DNA from: an uncultured archaeon | Lineage (GTDB): Archaea > Asgardarchaeota > Lokiarchaeia > Sigyniarchaeales > SOKP01 | Length of the DNA: 64,000 nt | Reading direction: 5' to 3' | NCBI GenBank assembly: GCA_964486045.1 | Contig: CAZALK010000007.1 | Location: 1-64,000, forward strand | In this document: positions 1 through 15,000 of the stretch, piece by piece | How the letters are laid out: each line of letters opens with the position of its first letter | Numbering within the stretch: position 1 is the stretch's first letter | Position numbers and translations under genes: made by a program | Notes under the pieces: generated by a model | What the model saw: the letters and a program-made list of their open reading frames with translations, nothing else | What the model was told of the DNA's origin: nothing | Database searches by the model: none

Positions 1-3000
1 CAAAATGCCTTATCTTTCGGTGATATTATTTACTATAATCGAGACCAAAACTATAGTGACATTCCGATTCAATTTAACGGGTATTTGGATAATTGGCAAG
101 ATATAATTACTCAAGAAAATAAAAGCGATATAAGTGTTGATATGAGTTATTGGGACTTTAGTGATGAAATCTGGGTTCCAATGGGCACTCAAACCACAAC
201 CGATGGTACCTTTACTGTTGATTGGCATGTGGATAATAACACCTTCTATAAATTACTTCCCCATCAACGCAGCTATTTACCAATTAATTATACTTTCGAT
301 GAACAACCAAACAATAATTACTTCTATGGTTCCTACGGATATTTTGATGACACGACCACCTTACACCCATTCTTAGTTGATATAAACGGCAATATCTATG
401 TATACTCATACAACAATTCCAATAATCAATGGTTTATCAATTTTACAAATTCTCTGGGATTTTCACTTCAAGGGAATGTAATTTCAAATTTCGATCTTAA
501 TGGAGATATTTACACTGATTTAGCTATTTATAACAAATTAGCTATTTCAGACAATATTTCTCTTTATATTTTCGACTCAAATACTTTAATGTATAATTTC
601 AATCAAACAATATTAGCTTCCAGTATTTCGCTTCCAGAATCCCTTCCTGGTGCCGTGTTTACCGAATACGTGTTTGATTTTGAGAGTACTAGCTATCTTT
701 CTATGTATATATGTGTTAGCAATACTGCTAATGCTGTAAATTATATCGCAAAGCTAGACTTTGATAGCGATCTGGTAAGAACACAGCAAAATGATGGCAC
801 CCAACTTCCTGCAAATAGAATAGTTAGCGCAGTTAACATCGTAGATGACAGTGTGTTTGTTGGTGCAATAAACCCTGCTTATAACTATGTTGTAAATTCC
901 TCTATACTCAGTATTGATAAGAATTTAGTGAATTTCACAATGTTTGAAGATTCGGTAAAAGGAGCTATTTTAGAGCTTAATTCATTTACTTCACCTATTG
1001 GGGTGGTCGTGGTAGCAGGATTGTCTATGTCTTATTATAACGAAGATGATGATATTCTATATTATATATTTGACACATCTACGGACACATGGTACAAGAC
1101 TAGCTTTTCACTGAATTCTGAAGTCGAATCCTTTTCAAACGAAATATACGATTTTAAAATCCGTTCTATCGTAAAGTCTAAGGAGGACTATTTTGAATCC
1201 GTGCTCATTTCCTCATCTCAAGGTCTATGGAAAACATATATCGATACAGAGGTTATTACTAATAGTTTGACACCAATATTTTATGCCGTTGATACGTTTA
1301 GACCGTGGGATCTATACAAATACCAACAAGACAGTGAAACTTCCATAATTCCACTTACTCATAACCCTGCTATTGAAATAATTAACGTCTATGAATTTGA
1401 CAAATATTACGATTTAGGTTATTATACTTACGATGAATTAAGAGAAATTGACTCTTCATCTTATTACATTAGCGCTGATAAGAAATCTTTAATATGCTTA
1501 AATATTAATGATTTAAGTTGGAGAGCAAGGACTCAGGATGATGCTGACCTTTATTATGAAGTAAGATATTTTTATGAGTCTACTGTTGCATATGCTTCTG
1601 GTTTACTTTCTGGAAGTTATAAAGTGGACGAATATGAACAAGTGGGTAATATAGCTGCTCGAAATTCACAGATGAGGGCTGAAAAGTTAGGCTTTCAATT
1701 GTTAAATCCCCATGACTTGGATCACTGGACTTTTTATTACGGAACAGACTATGATGACTGGAACTACCAACAGATTGATGCTACTACAGGAGTTCCTTAC
1801 ATTTTGGCTAGTGGCTTGTTTGCTGATAGTGGGATAGCTTCTCAAGATACCTTGTCAGCGTTAACTGAATATGATAATAAAAGAATGGATTATGGCTCTA
1901 TAATTACTACTAGTAGCACAGTCTCCACCGGAGCGGAGTTAAGTCAATTTGGAGATGGTCAAGATTTCTTCAGACCTTCGGATTTCCAATCTCCCTACAG
2001 CAATTCATATATTGATGCTGTATGGGTTGAAGACCTCTCTAGATCTTCCACCATTGATTTCATTAGTGATATGGATGATTACGCTAGCCTTCAAAGTAGT
2101 ATGGGCGCGTGGACGGACAACATCTTTCCAGAGACTGCAGGACAGATAGGATATCAGCCCGAAATAGTCAATGTTGTTATATGGGATGATCAAGAAGAAT
2201 CAGCAATAGTTGTAGGAAATTCAACGTATGAATCGGTTAATCTAGCTGAAAGAATTAATATACTCAGTGATATAGGTGACTACCTTAAGATCTATCAAGT
2301 AGATCCAGATTTATCTGATCGAGATCTTTATATTGACGTTACCTTCAGACTGGATCATAATGAAGACTATGAAAGTATAAAATATATCCTTGTCTCAACA
2401 TCGTTTGCCCATGAGATAGAACCAATAGCGGGGTATTCAATCGGTAACTTCCCTATGGAGGATTATCATAATAATATACAAGTAGGATTAGCAGATAGTT
2501 CTAACACATACTTCAAAGATATTAATGGAGATGATAGTTTTGACGCATCAAATATTATCACCAGTAGGAGTAATCCAGATAAAGTGTACAACACATTTAA
2601 GACATATAATTTTGGTGAGTCAATATATAGCGACATTGTCGATGGTAAATATACTAAAGTCTCGAACGATGCAAATGAAGCGAATTTCCTATATCCCGGT
2701 TCATCACAAAACTTTATTGAAGACGGGATATTCACAAGGCAAGCTAATAACATCAACCAATTTAACTATGAAAATTATATCCCGGAAGTTATATGGCAAT
2801 CTCCTGCTCAATATTATTCCGAGACGCACATTTATGACTATAACTATTTACGATTAGACACCAGTTCCATTACAGATTTTGCTGCAGATGAAGAACTCAC
2901 TCTTAGAGTTTCACTAGATGGATATTCTTCGCCAACCAACCTATTAGACCATAATGATCTTATACTTCGACAACTTATTTGTACCGTATTTTCAGACAAG

Positions 3001-6000
3001 GACAATTTAAATAATGAACACTGGGATGTGAGTGGTGCAGGCTATACAAGACAAGACTCAGATGGAAGTTTAATTTTAAACTCAGGTGCTATAAAATTAA
3101 ATAATGAGGTGAAAGCATATCCCGTAAGAGCCAACCTAAATAGTGATAATAAGTATCGAGCTTCCTTTAAATTTGAAAGGACTGATGATCCAATGACCTT
3201 CTCTGTTGGAAGTTCTAGTTATACTTATAATCCTCTCGGTCAATATACTCTAGGTTTAAAAGACGATATAAATTTGGTAGAAATTACATATGATAAAACT
3301 GATCCTACAAATTCTTGGCACTTTTTTGTAAATGGTGAGGAGCGACCCGGAACCGAACTAGGGCAATTTGACCATACTAACTTTAATCCTTCTGGTGACT
3401 TATATCCAAAAATATCTGTTGCTGACGGGATTGAAATTGATCTTATAGAAATTAAGAGTCAAGTGTTTAAGAAAATTGATGCCGATTTTAGTAGCTGGTA
3501 TACCGAATTTAACGACACAGACGGACCTACCCCAGTCGGGGGTGTTAACGAAGTAGGTAGAGATCTTACATATTCAGACAAATCTCTACAAAGAGAGATA
3601 ATTTATTCTTTTAACGAAGGGTTAACCAATGTGAACGAAGTGTTCGAAGACCTGCGATTATGGTCTGATATTGATTATAATACTAATTACGATCAAATTA
3701 CTCAACAGCAATATGATCCAAACTTTCCTTTATTTAATTGGAACTTACCTAGTAATGAGCAGCTGTTTAATTCAAATCCGGGAGCGATAGGTGTTAAAAC
3801 CTTTGGTGAGGGTTATTCACTTCCATTAACGTATGGGGAAGTTTGGCACTTCGATGGATATTTCAGAGACTACCCTCTCCCTCCTGCGCTTCCGAGTAAT
3901 ATTTATATCTCAAGGATTGGATTAGATTTTTATTTTAGGTATTCAGATGGGGATGGGTCTGGTTCTACCATAACCTATAAATTCGATAATTTAGGAAATC
4001 TCGTTTTACTTCTTCCTGACCCTGGTCCCGACCCTTATAGTAAATGGAGAACCGAATATGACGGATTCAGAACCGAGTATAATTTTGATGACCTTGAATA
4101 TTGGAATTATGGGGAATTCCAAGATACAACGTTTAGTAACGCAATGACTTATACAGATAATTTAAATTTCGCAAACTTTCCAGGTTATTCGGCTTATTAT
4201 GATGATACTCAACTACATATAAACTCTAAACTTGATTTTTTCGACCATCTTAACGTGGAAGTCTATAGTCTTGATTATGATATATATTATACAGACGAGC
4301 CAAACACATTTGAAGATTATTTAGATAATCAAGAATTTGATATTCCCACAAAGGCTCTTGCTGAATTTTATATAGTTGATAGCAAGAACTATAAAAGAAT
4401 AATTAGCAACACCGATAACTTTAGTTCCAGTGGTTCCAATCTTACAACCCTTCTTGGTGATTCTAGTCTGAAAATGGACGATATTATCTATAAAACTTCA
4501 TTTGGAAACAACGCTCTCAGCTTTAACATTAAGGCAAACATAAATTATCCCGATTTTGCCGATGAGGCGGACTCAATTACCGCTACCAATACAATTAATA
4601 GTTTCCAGATAGTTCCTAAACTAAAGCCAACTGAAGGGAAAGGGCTTTCTATACCAGATCCCGAAGATCTATATCCATACCCATACGGTTCAAGCTGGTG
4701 GCATGAGCAAGAGTTAGTATCGTTAATGCCATTTAACCTTACTTATTCAGGAATCAATGAACAGGACATAGATGGGCTTTCTGACATCATTTTGAAAGCT
4801 AATATAAACGTATCTGTTTCCAATTTTAACGCTTGGTCATGGCGACCCAACTTAAAAGTATATGATTATAATAACGACAAATGGCTTCCATACGAGGGTA
4901 ATATTTATATGTATAACGATGTAGATGATAAATTGGTGTGGACCGGTCAGGAATCTGATACCGCCCAAGATGAATATGATAGTGTACAAAAGTGGCGCGA
5001 TTCTGGGTTATTCTACGGAAATCCAGCAAGTGAAACATCTGATAATGGTACTATTATTTTTAAGATTTCAAAGGATAGTTATGACTTATCTGACATTGTC
5101 AGGTATGATACTACAGGAGGTTATTCCTATTTAACACTTTTAGGTCTTACGTATGTTATTCCTGGAACTTGGAATTCTAATGAAGGAAAGTGGGACTTGA
5201 CTTACGAAGATAACTTTGATTCAAAGGGAAGAATGAGCTTTAATTCCTCATTCACATCAAACTATACCTATGCCCGTTCCTATAAAAAGACGTATGTTAT
5301 TAAGAAGAACCTCAACTACTCTAACGATGTTGCTGACGTGTTTGATAGACCTTCCGTCACTCAACCTTGGATTGACCTTAACGAGACGTTAGGGGCTATA
5401 AACCCAAGGTATATCGCTCAGATTGTGGATGTATACGGCATCAATTATAACCCTAAGATGGTGAGTATTTTAACAGATCCTACTCCTGAAGATGCAATTG
5501 GGAGTGATTACTGGAGATTCAACAGAACGGAAGGGAAACTATACATTCCATTGGGAGCAATAATTAATTATGAAAAGTTTAACTTCACTATGGAATTATG
5601 GACCGATTTCACCCAAGATGTTGGAAATGAAAATATATTTTATCCTGATTCAAGTTTTAATAATATTACTATAGTCGAGAATATAATACGGAATAATAGT
5701 GGTCAGATTGAATACTTTACTAAGAATTTTGAATCAGACTATTCGTTCTATCAAGACGAACCTTATTTCTTTGACCTTAACGGTGACGGAAGTGTGAATG
5801 CTATTGAATTTTCAAATAATATAAATATTGAAAATAATGACAAAATTAAAGGTGTAGTACACAACATCGAGAATTTTGGAAGTCCCGAATTTGACGAAAA
5901 GACTAATTTATTGCTCTATGATACCCTTAAATTTCCATTTGCTGTCACCAACTTAGATGATGCTGTATTATTGGGATTAGATTTAGAATTACAGTTTAAA

Positions 6001-9000
6001 ACGGGATTTATTGGCAAAGAATCAATCACTAACATATTACTTTCTGAAAGCGATTATGATATTAATCTAGAATTTTATAAACGAGAAAGTGGTCAGGACA
6101 ATTATATCGGGACACTCCACTTAGAAGACTTGACTGACGTCTTCTCCCAATACGGCTTGTATAATCTTTCCATTGACCTAAAGAAAAGCGGTTTACACCT
6201 TAATAGCCTATTCGAGTGTTTTGAAGGTGGAAAGGAACTGATTGTCAATGTCACAGCAAGTTTTCATGGTTTCCATCAAGGAAAAAGACTTAACGGCAAG
6301 TTTGCTTTAGAGATTCTTTATGCCGAGATTGACGCTGATTTAGTAAATGAATATCCAACCTTAGATATGGTAGAATTATATCCAACAAACGACGGCACTC
6401 AATATATCAACATGTCTAGTGATTTCATGCATAATCCTGCTTATGCTGATATTGACGAGCTATACGGTTATAGTTATGCTGATGGTCAATTACAGTTTAT
6501 AGATCCTGCTAAATACTATTCTGGTAGTTTAAAATATCTTTCTGACATTTCTGGTCAAAAGGGTACACATTCAGGAGACCTTACAAATATTGATAGAAAG
6601 GATGGTAACTACCTTAACTTAACTTCAGAATCTGGGGCTGGAACTAGCTTAGATTATATACTAGATGGACAATACGTACCTCGGCAGCCAGATGATTTTA
6701 GTTTAGATCGTGGTTCTGCTGATTATAGCGGATATTTAGACCGGCTTGATGGAAGTTATTCTACATTTACCTCAGATGATACAATTCCTGGCAATGTCTT
6801 AGATCCCCAGAATATTGCTCCATCAGAATATATTACAAGCTTAAGCGGATTTTATGATACCGATTCAAATCTTGCTAATTCTTACGTGGATGATTCAAAT
6901 TATGCCAGTATAAATAGTAAGTGGGCCATTATCTATGTAATTAACGTTGGTCTAAACTTTAATACTCCTTTAGGGGGTAGGGATTTCGCATTTAATATCC
7001 ATATTGGACGATCAGGAATTGGACTTGTTGATCTATATGTCAATGGTCAATTAGTGGCTTCAAGCAATGAAATTGACCTCAATTTTAATTCTCACGACGT
7101 TACTAGAATTGAAATTTATGCTTGGGGGGTCTTAGATTTCGATGTATATGTATATTATTTCAAGTTAATGGAGCTCACCGATTTCACCATACTCGAAGGG
7201 AGTTCAAACCAAGGGGGTGATGTAGAGTTTGACGATAATTCTTGGACCACATTTACAAGTAATACAATAGAAAGTGCTAGTCAATCGTTAATTCCCGAAG
7301 ACGATGCCATAACCGAGTGGGACTTTCCTGCTTCAGCTCCACATTGGAATGATGTTAATGTAGATGATAGCTTATACATTAAAGAAGATGCTTATGGATC
7401 AGAATTTCCCGGTCAGACTGACCAATTTATCTTTCCAGATTGGACCATACCAAGTGAAGCTCAAGGGGCTAGGGTAACTACCCTGAAGATACATGTCTTG
7501 AGTAAGAAAGATTCTGGAGCTACTGCTTGGTCAGCGGTTAAATATAGCTTAAATGGTGGGTCATCTTTTTCCTCTGAAAAGAACGTAGTTAGCGGAACGG
7601 GATACGGTTGGTATACACTCACGTGGACAGGTCTTTCTTTAACAACAGTGCAATTGGAATATTTAGAAGTTGCTATTACTTGCTATAACCAAGACCCAGT
7701 GTGGATTACTCAATCTCCTGGATACATATATGTAGATATGATATATGTGGAGCTTATTTATACAAAGCCAACCATCAACAGAATTGAATTCATTTCCCAG
7801 TTTACAATGGATCCTGTTGGACAATTTGTTAACGATATAGATTTAGATTATGCTTACGTATTCCCTACCACCTCAAATCTATTTATGGACTTTTATATTT
7901 ACAATTTTGCACAAGGAACTTGGGATTTTATAGAAGAAGATGAATTTAATATGGCCGATACCTACAGTGTGCTCCCCACTCATTATAATACCCAAAATGA
8001 GGTAATAGTAAAAATGAAAGCTTATACCGGTTCGGGACTCTACCCAGCGTTCACTCTTGAGCTTGATCAGCTGCGATTAACTTTTAATAACACGGCCTTG
8101 TCATTTACTTCAGAGATTTTTGTTGACAACATTTATGCAGATAGTGTTCTACAATACTCCTACAGATTAAACTCATCACAAACTCTTGCTTTTGAGATTT
8201 GGAGCGAAATCTTTCAACAATGGATAACAATTTCTGAGGACAATAGGCAATCATTCACCAAAAGCACTTTTAACCTACGAGGTGATTTGCCAGGAATGTA
8301 TTTTGACCAATCCCAGAAAATTCTGCTTAGATTCTTTGCTGAAAATTTCATGCTCCAGACATTTAACCTACAAATTGATTTACTAAATGTCGGACATTCT
8401 TCCTATACTACAGAAGAGACTACTGGGTTGGAAGATTACTTTGTCAGTATCGATTATTACTCTAATGATGAGAACTTTTACTTGCTCTATGGGGATGACT
8501 TAGGTTATCATTCTTTGGGGACGCTTCGCTCCACTTCAGGTACCACATTTACGACCAATTTCTTCCCAGTATTACTAGACACACGCCTTACATTACGGAT
8601 AATCCATAATGAGACGTCATCACCGGTATCGATATATCTAGATAGAATTATTATAAGCTCTAATTCCACAGAAGAGATAGACGATATAATTATTACCAGC
8701 GATACGACCTACGATCTTTATTATGCCAATCTTAAGTTCCTCAATGTACCATCCCTTGTCAGCTCACATATAACAAGCACGCCACTAACATACACGGAAA
8801 TGAAAAAGAATTATTACGTCTTTAAAATATCAGACATTGATACCACAAACGAATTTATTGTTGATAGAGTCAAATTTATTAGCCCTTCCCATACTGAGAA
8901 TATTACTATTCTTCCACAAGATTATTATCACGTGGCAGACGATGAGATTTATATCGATTCCACTGTTGCTACCAATCCATCAGTGATTCCAACCAGCCAG

Positions 9001-12000
9001 CTTACCGCCGATTATTCTTATATCTATGATAGCTGGGAAGAAAATGAATATGTAGATACCCAACCTTACGTCCATAATTTTACTATATCAACAGCCCAAC
9101 GATTAGAAGCTATTTCATTTATGACAACCTTTACTGAAATCCCCCAAATCCAATCGTGGTTCTTTGGGACAACTGAAGAAGAAGCAAATTACAAACAATT
9201 AAGTAATCAACTCATAAAAGATGTGAACCTTCTTGATATCCAGCTCTTTGACTACGCTTCTGATTCATGGGAAACTGTTAATTATGTTGTCTATGATCTT
9301 GCTGATAGGGATGCCAGAACGTTTGGATTTTTCATTGATAGAAATGCTATTGACTTTCTAAAATATGATGGGCTCTCGACCAATAATTTGATGTACCAAC
9401 TTAAATATCGATTTAAAATAGAGCAAAATTACTTTGATGAAGATTATTCTACTAAAACATTTTTTGATATTCAAGATTTAAAGGTCCAAGTATACTATAA
9501 CCCTGGTAAAAGTGTAGTGTCTCTTAATCCTCAACTAGAATTTTCAGCGGATCTTTCTGATATCATTCATCCTAATGGTGATACAAGTACAACCGCCCAT
9601 ATTAACGAGTTAAGCTTTGATATTGATTGGAGATATGGAGTTAGTGTAAATGATGCTCCTGTTGATGATATTGATATTAACGAGGTATTTAACAATTTTA
9701 CGCTTTATTCAAATTATGTGAATCTTTCCGTATTTGATAAATTTGGGACCAAAACCTTACTAACCAAGGCAGGTGGTAAATATTACCTAAGAAATTCAAA
9801 TACTGAAAACGTCTATGACTTCATAAACGATAAACATGGGAAACAATATGTAGACTTCCTCTTAGATTATAAATGGGAACTTCGCGGGCTCATTAGTTAT
9901 ATTTATGGCTCCATTTTCGACCTGGAAGCTTCAATTGAGCTTACAAATCTTAAATTAAGAGCTAAAATTACCACTGTTGAAAAAGAGTTGATTACCCCAA
10001 TTTCTATGCCGGTTAACGGCTCTATATATGTCGGTGATATAACAGGAGATTCTATAAATGATATTGGTTTCATGGGTGGTTTCCTAGAAAAGAAAGAGAA
10101 TAATGATCGGTTTTACGTAAAATACGACTTTAGCTACTTGTATGATGCCGATGATGATGATTTATTCAATAGTACCAAAGATCCTCGAGTCTACTTCGCA
10201 CAATACATCCAAGATATATCCTTTAGTTCTGCTGATGTCGAAGGGTTCTTGTATTACGATGGGGAAAACAGTAATAAGACTCTTATTATCGGTGATGAAT
10301 TTCTCTTCAATCTTACAACTACGGGCAATGTAGATGAGGCGTATCTATATGTTGATCTCGGAAGCAGTGAAGTAATAGGGTCAAATATCTATAATGTATA
10401 TGCCAACATTTCATATGAAGATACAACAAGTGGAAGTTTCACTTTAAATCCCACCTCGACTACTACTGTAGATAGATCTGGGACTGTTAACTGGACGACT
10501 CCAGATAATGCAAAAGCACAAGACGATGCTCTAACAAATGCTTCCATAATTTTAGGAGGAGGTTCTGGACAGTATGCTATGCCCACTTCTAGTAATTTCA
10601 CGTTTACAGAAGGTAACCTCATCTACGGTGATCTAGAAAACGTAGATGCCGCATATACCAACCTTACTCCAGGTTTTACGGCCGGAGGTGGCGGAGAACT
10701 AGAAGGTACCTTTGGGTATACATCCACGGGTTCCAATAAACACGGATTGAATAAAGATAATAAACAAGGTACGATATTTTCCTTATCACAGGATGGAAAT
10801 GTCACTAAGATTTCCGCCTATGCCAAGACTGGCGGTGGAGCAAAGAATCCAAAAGTAGCAAAAGCAGTTATATATAGTGTCTCAAGTGGTTCCCCAACTA
10901 CCCTATTGGGTGTTTCTGATGAGCTTATATTAGACAATACCTTGCAATGGCGGGACTTCACCTTTAGCCTTGAGGTTGAACTTACCGCAGGAGATTATTG
11001 GATTGGGCTTATTCATGGAACAAAGATAGACATATACAGTATCAATGACATTGCTTATGATCGAATATATAACTCTGATGATTATGGTGATAATCCTGAT
11101 TCCACGTTCGGTGCATTTTCAAATGAAACCGGTAAGAAACTATGCATCTATGCAACCTACAATTATACTATAGGAGGACCAGATTCGTACGATTTAAATA
11201 CTGAGATCGAATGGGCTCCAAGCGAAAGCGTAAGTTCAATGGATTATCTACGATGGAATTATGTTAATAGCACTCCTATCAATTTCTATATATATAATTG
11301 GGTAACTACCGATTATGAAAACTTTACTTCAAGCATAAGTCCCTTAACCTTAGGGGGTAATTATAACAGTTCTGACAACAGAGTTAAGGTTAAATTTAAC
11401 AAAACCGATACTTCTTCATTTACAGTAGATATCAATCAACTACGAATTGAATATTCCACTCCCGTACTCCCATCTCAAAGTGACTGGCTCCGTAGCACCG
11501 ATTTTGGCTTTATTATTCCAGACGGAGCTACCATAAATGGTATTATGGTTGAGTTTGATAGATACTCCCCTCAAACAGGTCAGAATTCCATTAGAGATTA
11601 TTCAGTAATGTTAAGAAACTCTTCTGGGCGAGTAGGCGACGATAATGCAAATACTTCTTATTGGAAAATGGTAGATGATGACACTTATAACTCATATGGA
11701 AATTCCACATATTTATGGGGAACTTCATGGACAGTAGGAGAAATAAACAGCGCAAGTTTTGGCGTTGATATTGCAGTTCAAAACGATGGAGTGTCTAATA
11801 CGGCTTATGTAGATGAGATTCGCATTACAGTTTATTATACGGAAGCTCCAGCGCCATACGATGGAATTATTAGACCTGACGGAGATATCACAGCCGAGTG
11901 GGAGACATCAAGTGGTAGCAGTCATTTTGCGTTAATTAATGAAGTTACATTAGACACCAACAATTATATTTACACATCCAGTATTGCCTCATCAAATATT

Positions 12001-15000
12001 ACTGATACTTTTGATATGAGTTACTTGGATATCGGTACCGGGTCTATTACCCAAATTCAAGTCAAAGTATATGGTGATGAAATCGATATCGATTCGACAA
12101 TTAACGTATATTGCGGAACTTGGCTGGGAACGAAGCAGCTAGGCATGACCTCTGAAGGTTGGTATACTTACACATGGACCGGATTAAGCCTTTCCCAAGC
12201 CAATTTAACTAATATGCAGATTAAATTTGAGTCAGCTCCACCACAAACTATTAGCGGTCCAGTGTTAATTGGTCAGTTTTCAGCTATTGGGGGTACATCA
12301 AATAAATTCTCATTTAATTGGTCTAGTATCGAACAATCTATGGCTTATACTACAGGCGATGAAACGGATGTAATTGTCGAAATTATTGACATTGATTCTG
12401 GAAGTAGCTTAAACCTTACTTACACAGTTTTGCTTGATTTTGAAGATCCTACTTCAGTTATATCAATAGGAGATGGAGCTACCGATTATTCATTAAACAA
12501 TTATGCTGCTCCATGGACACTATTTAACATTTTTACAACTGATAATCTACAAGGCATTATTAATCATACTAACTATTATTATACAGACGAAATTTCCGTT
12601 GAGTATCAAATAAATGTATTCGATATGAGTAATATTTCTCTATACTTTTCTGGATTTAGTCCAATAAGTGGAACCGAGACCACATTATTTGATTTAGGAG
12701 TGCCTGTAAACAATTTCGAAGACCATACTAAGTATTATTATACTATTGAATTCAGAATAACTGATGCTGCAGGTAATACTATTACTAACTCCAGTTATCT
12801 TGGTGATTCATACAACTATGATGCGACAATACCACGAATTCTAGTATCAAATGAAGTTACTATCCAATTTGATAATAATCTAATTAATGTCAATGAAATT
12901 TATCAAGGAATTGGAACTATCGTAAATTTCACATTAATCGGTGCTGACAATAGTGAATTACAAAATAATTGGATTAAAGTCAAATCAGGCAATTATTACT
13001 TGGAAATTACCTTATGGAACGAAGCCTCACAAAGATATGAAGTTAGATTTGATAGTCTTGACGATTTAATTTTATATTCCGAAAATATTTTTGAAAATAC
13101 ATTGGTATCTAATTTTCCTCTTGACTTTCAATTAAACTGGGATGCAACTGGAACAGATTATTATGCATTTGCAAAACACGCTTCCCAAAAAGATCCGCTA
13201 GTCCTTTCTTACTTCTTACAAGAAGAACGGACCTCAGTCATGGAGATTTCTGAGTGTGAAGGATTTAGGCTTCTAGATTATATCAATTATTCAGAAGTGT
13301 TTAGCTACCTCTATAATGGTGAAACCGGAGAGTATGATATTAAACACAACTTTGATGAAAATGATTTTACTGTGTTTATCAACGGCTCGGTCTCATGGAA
13401 TGTAAATTTCAGTCAATATAACATTGAGGATAATCTAGTGTTTTTTAATTATTATGGTTCGGATTATGCAGAAATCATTAAAGACACTCAAAAAGACGGA
13501 ATGTTCCTCAAGATTTTAGTTCCAAATATTTATTCAACTCATGGCACAATTGAAAGACTTCAAATCATCTTTACTGATTTTGATGATAATCGGTTTGTGT
13601 ATAGCATGGATTCACTTGATTTCGATAAATACTTCAAAGACGCATCACAGTACAAACGTGTTATTTCTGGACTGTCTGAACTACTTGAAATACCAATACA
13701 TATCGATTTTTCACGACTTTCTGGGACAAACATGGAAGCAAATTTTGATATCACAGAGATTTATTCTATTGACTTCATAGTAACTGATGCTCCAATATGG
13801 CCTGGCAGTGTTTCAATGTATGATCCTAATACCGGATTTACCATTATTAACTTCCCTTATCAAATATTCGGTATTTCACAAATGAACTTCTATGATATTT
13901 TATCAAACAATTCTGCATTAATGGTCTATTTTGATGAATTTAAGTATAATTTTCTGGCCGATGAAGGCTCTACAATTGAATTAGATCAGTTTGATTCCGA
14001 AATTACAGATATGGAAGCTTTTACCGAACTACAACCACTATCACTCACTCAATCCAATGACCTTTATTACACAAGTATTATTGATATCTACTTTAGGGTG
14101 AGTTATGCAACCACGCCATTTCTATTATATGATATGGCAACTCCAGTTCTACTCATGGTTGACAATTTAACTGGTACCACACTTGGATTTTCATTTTTAG
14201 AGTGGGATAATTCCATTGATAAATTCCATTCTAAATTTAGTATCACAGAGGAGTTGGGAAATTATGAACTCATCTTTACATTACTTCCAACTATCACTGA
14301 AGAGACTGTAAATTCTACCGATTCTATTGAAATTGAGTTGATCCCGCAAATTTTATCACAAATAGTCTTAAAAAACGAAAGAGAAATTGTTTTCAATCCT
14401 GATTATACATTTACTCTTAACACGAAATTTAATATAGATTTTGAAGAAGAATTGAATTTAATGGGCTATATATTAGACAATTCTACCTATTATAGAGACC
14501 GCGAAATCATCCCCTATAAGGCAACCGATCCAATTGGAGAATTTACGCTTACTGAATACGAAATTGACCTAAATGGACTCATCGGAGAATCTGAATTCAT
14601 TGATAAGGATAACTTTAAGCTTGAATTTATCGATCGGGAGAATTACAATGAAATAACTCTCTTGTTTGAAGTGATAGATGGTCAAATTATATATAATATT
14701 ACTAGTTTAATTGAAGGGTGTTGGATTAGCTATTACGCCTACTATCGAGTAGATCATCCCAACAAGTTCATGTTAATTATAAATTGGACCTCCGATAATT
14801 CACAATTGATTCCTTACGATACTGACCTTCTACTCACCTATAAAGTCATCCAAGGAAAAATAATTACACCAGTCACCTTTGAAGATATTGAGGATGTGGT
14901 TATTCCCGTTGATTTTAGAATGTTTAGCTATGATACTTTTGAATGGGAGAATACCAAACAAATTGACAGTGAGATTCTCGAGACAAATCCAACGTTTGAA

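Noticed and set aside
85-87. TTG start of the giant ORF
   Set aside because: The frame is open back to base 1; the gene begins outside the window.
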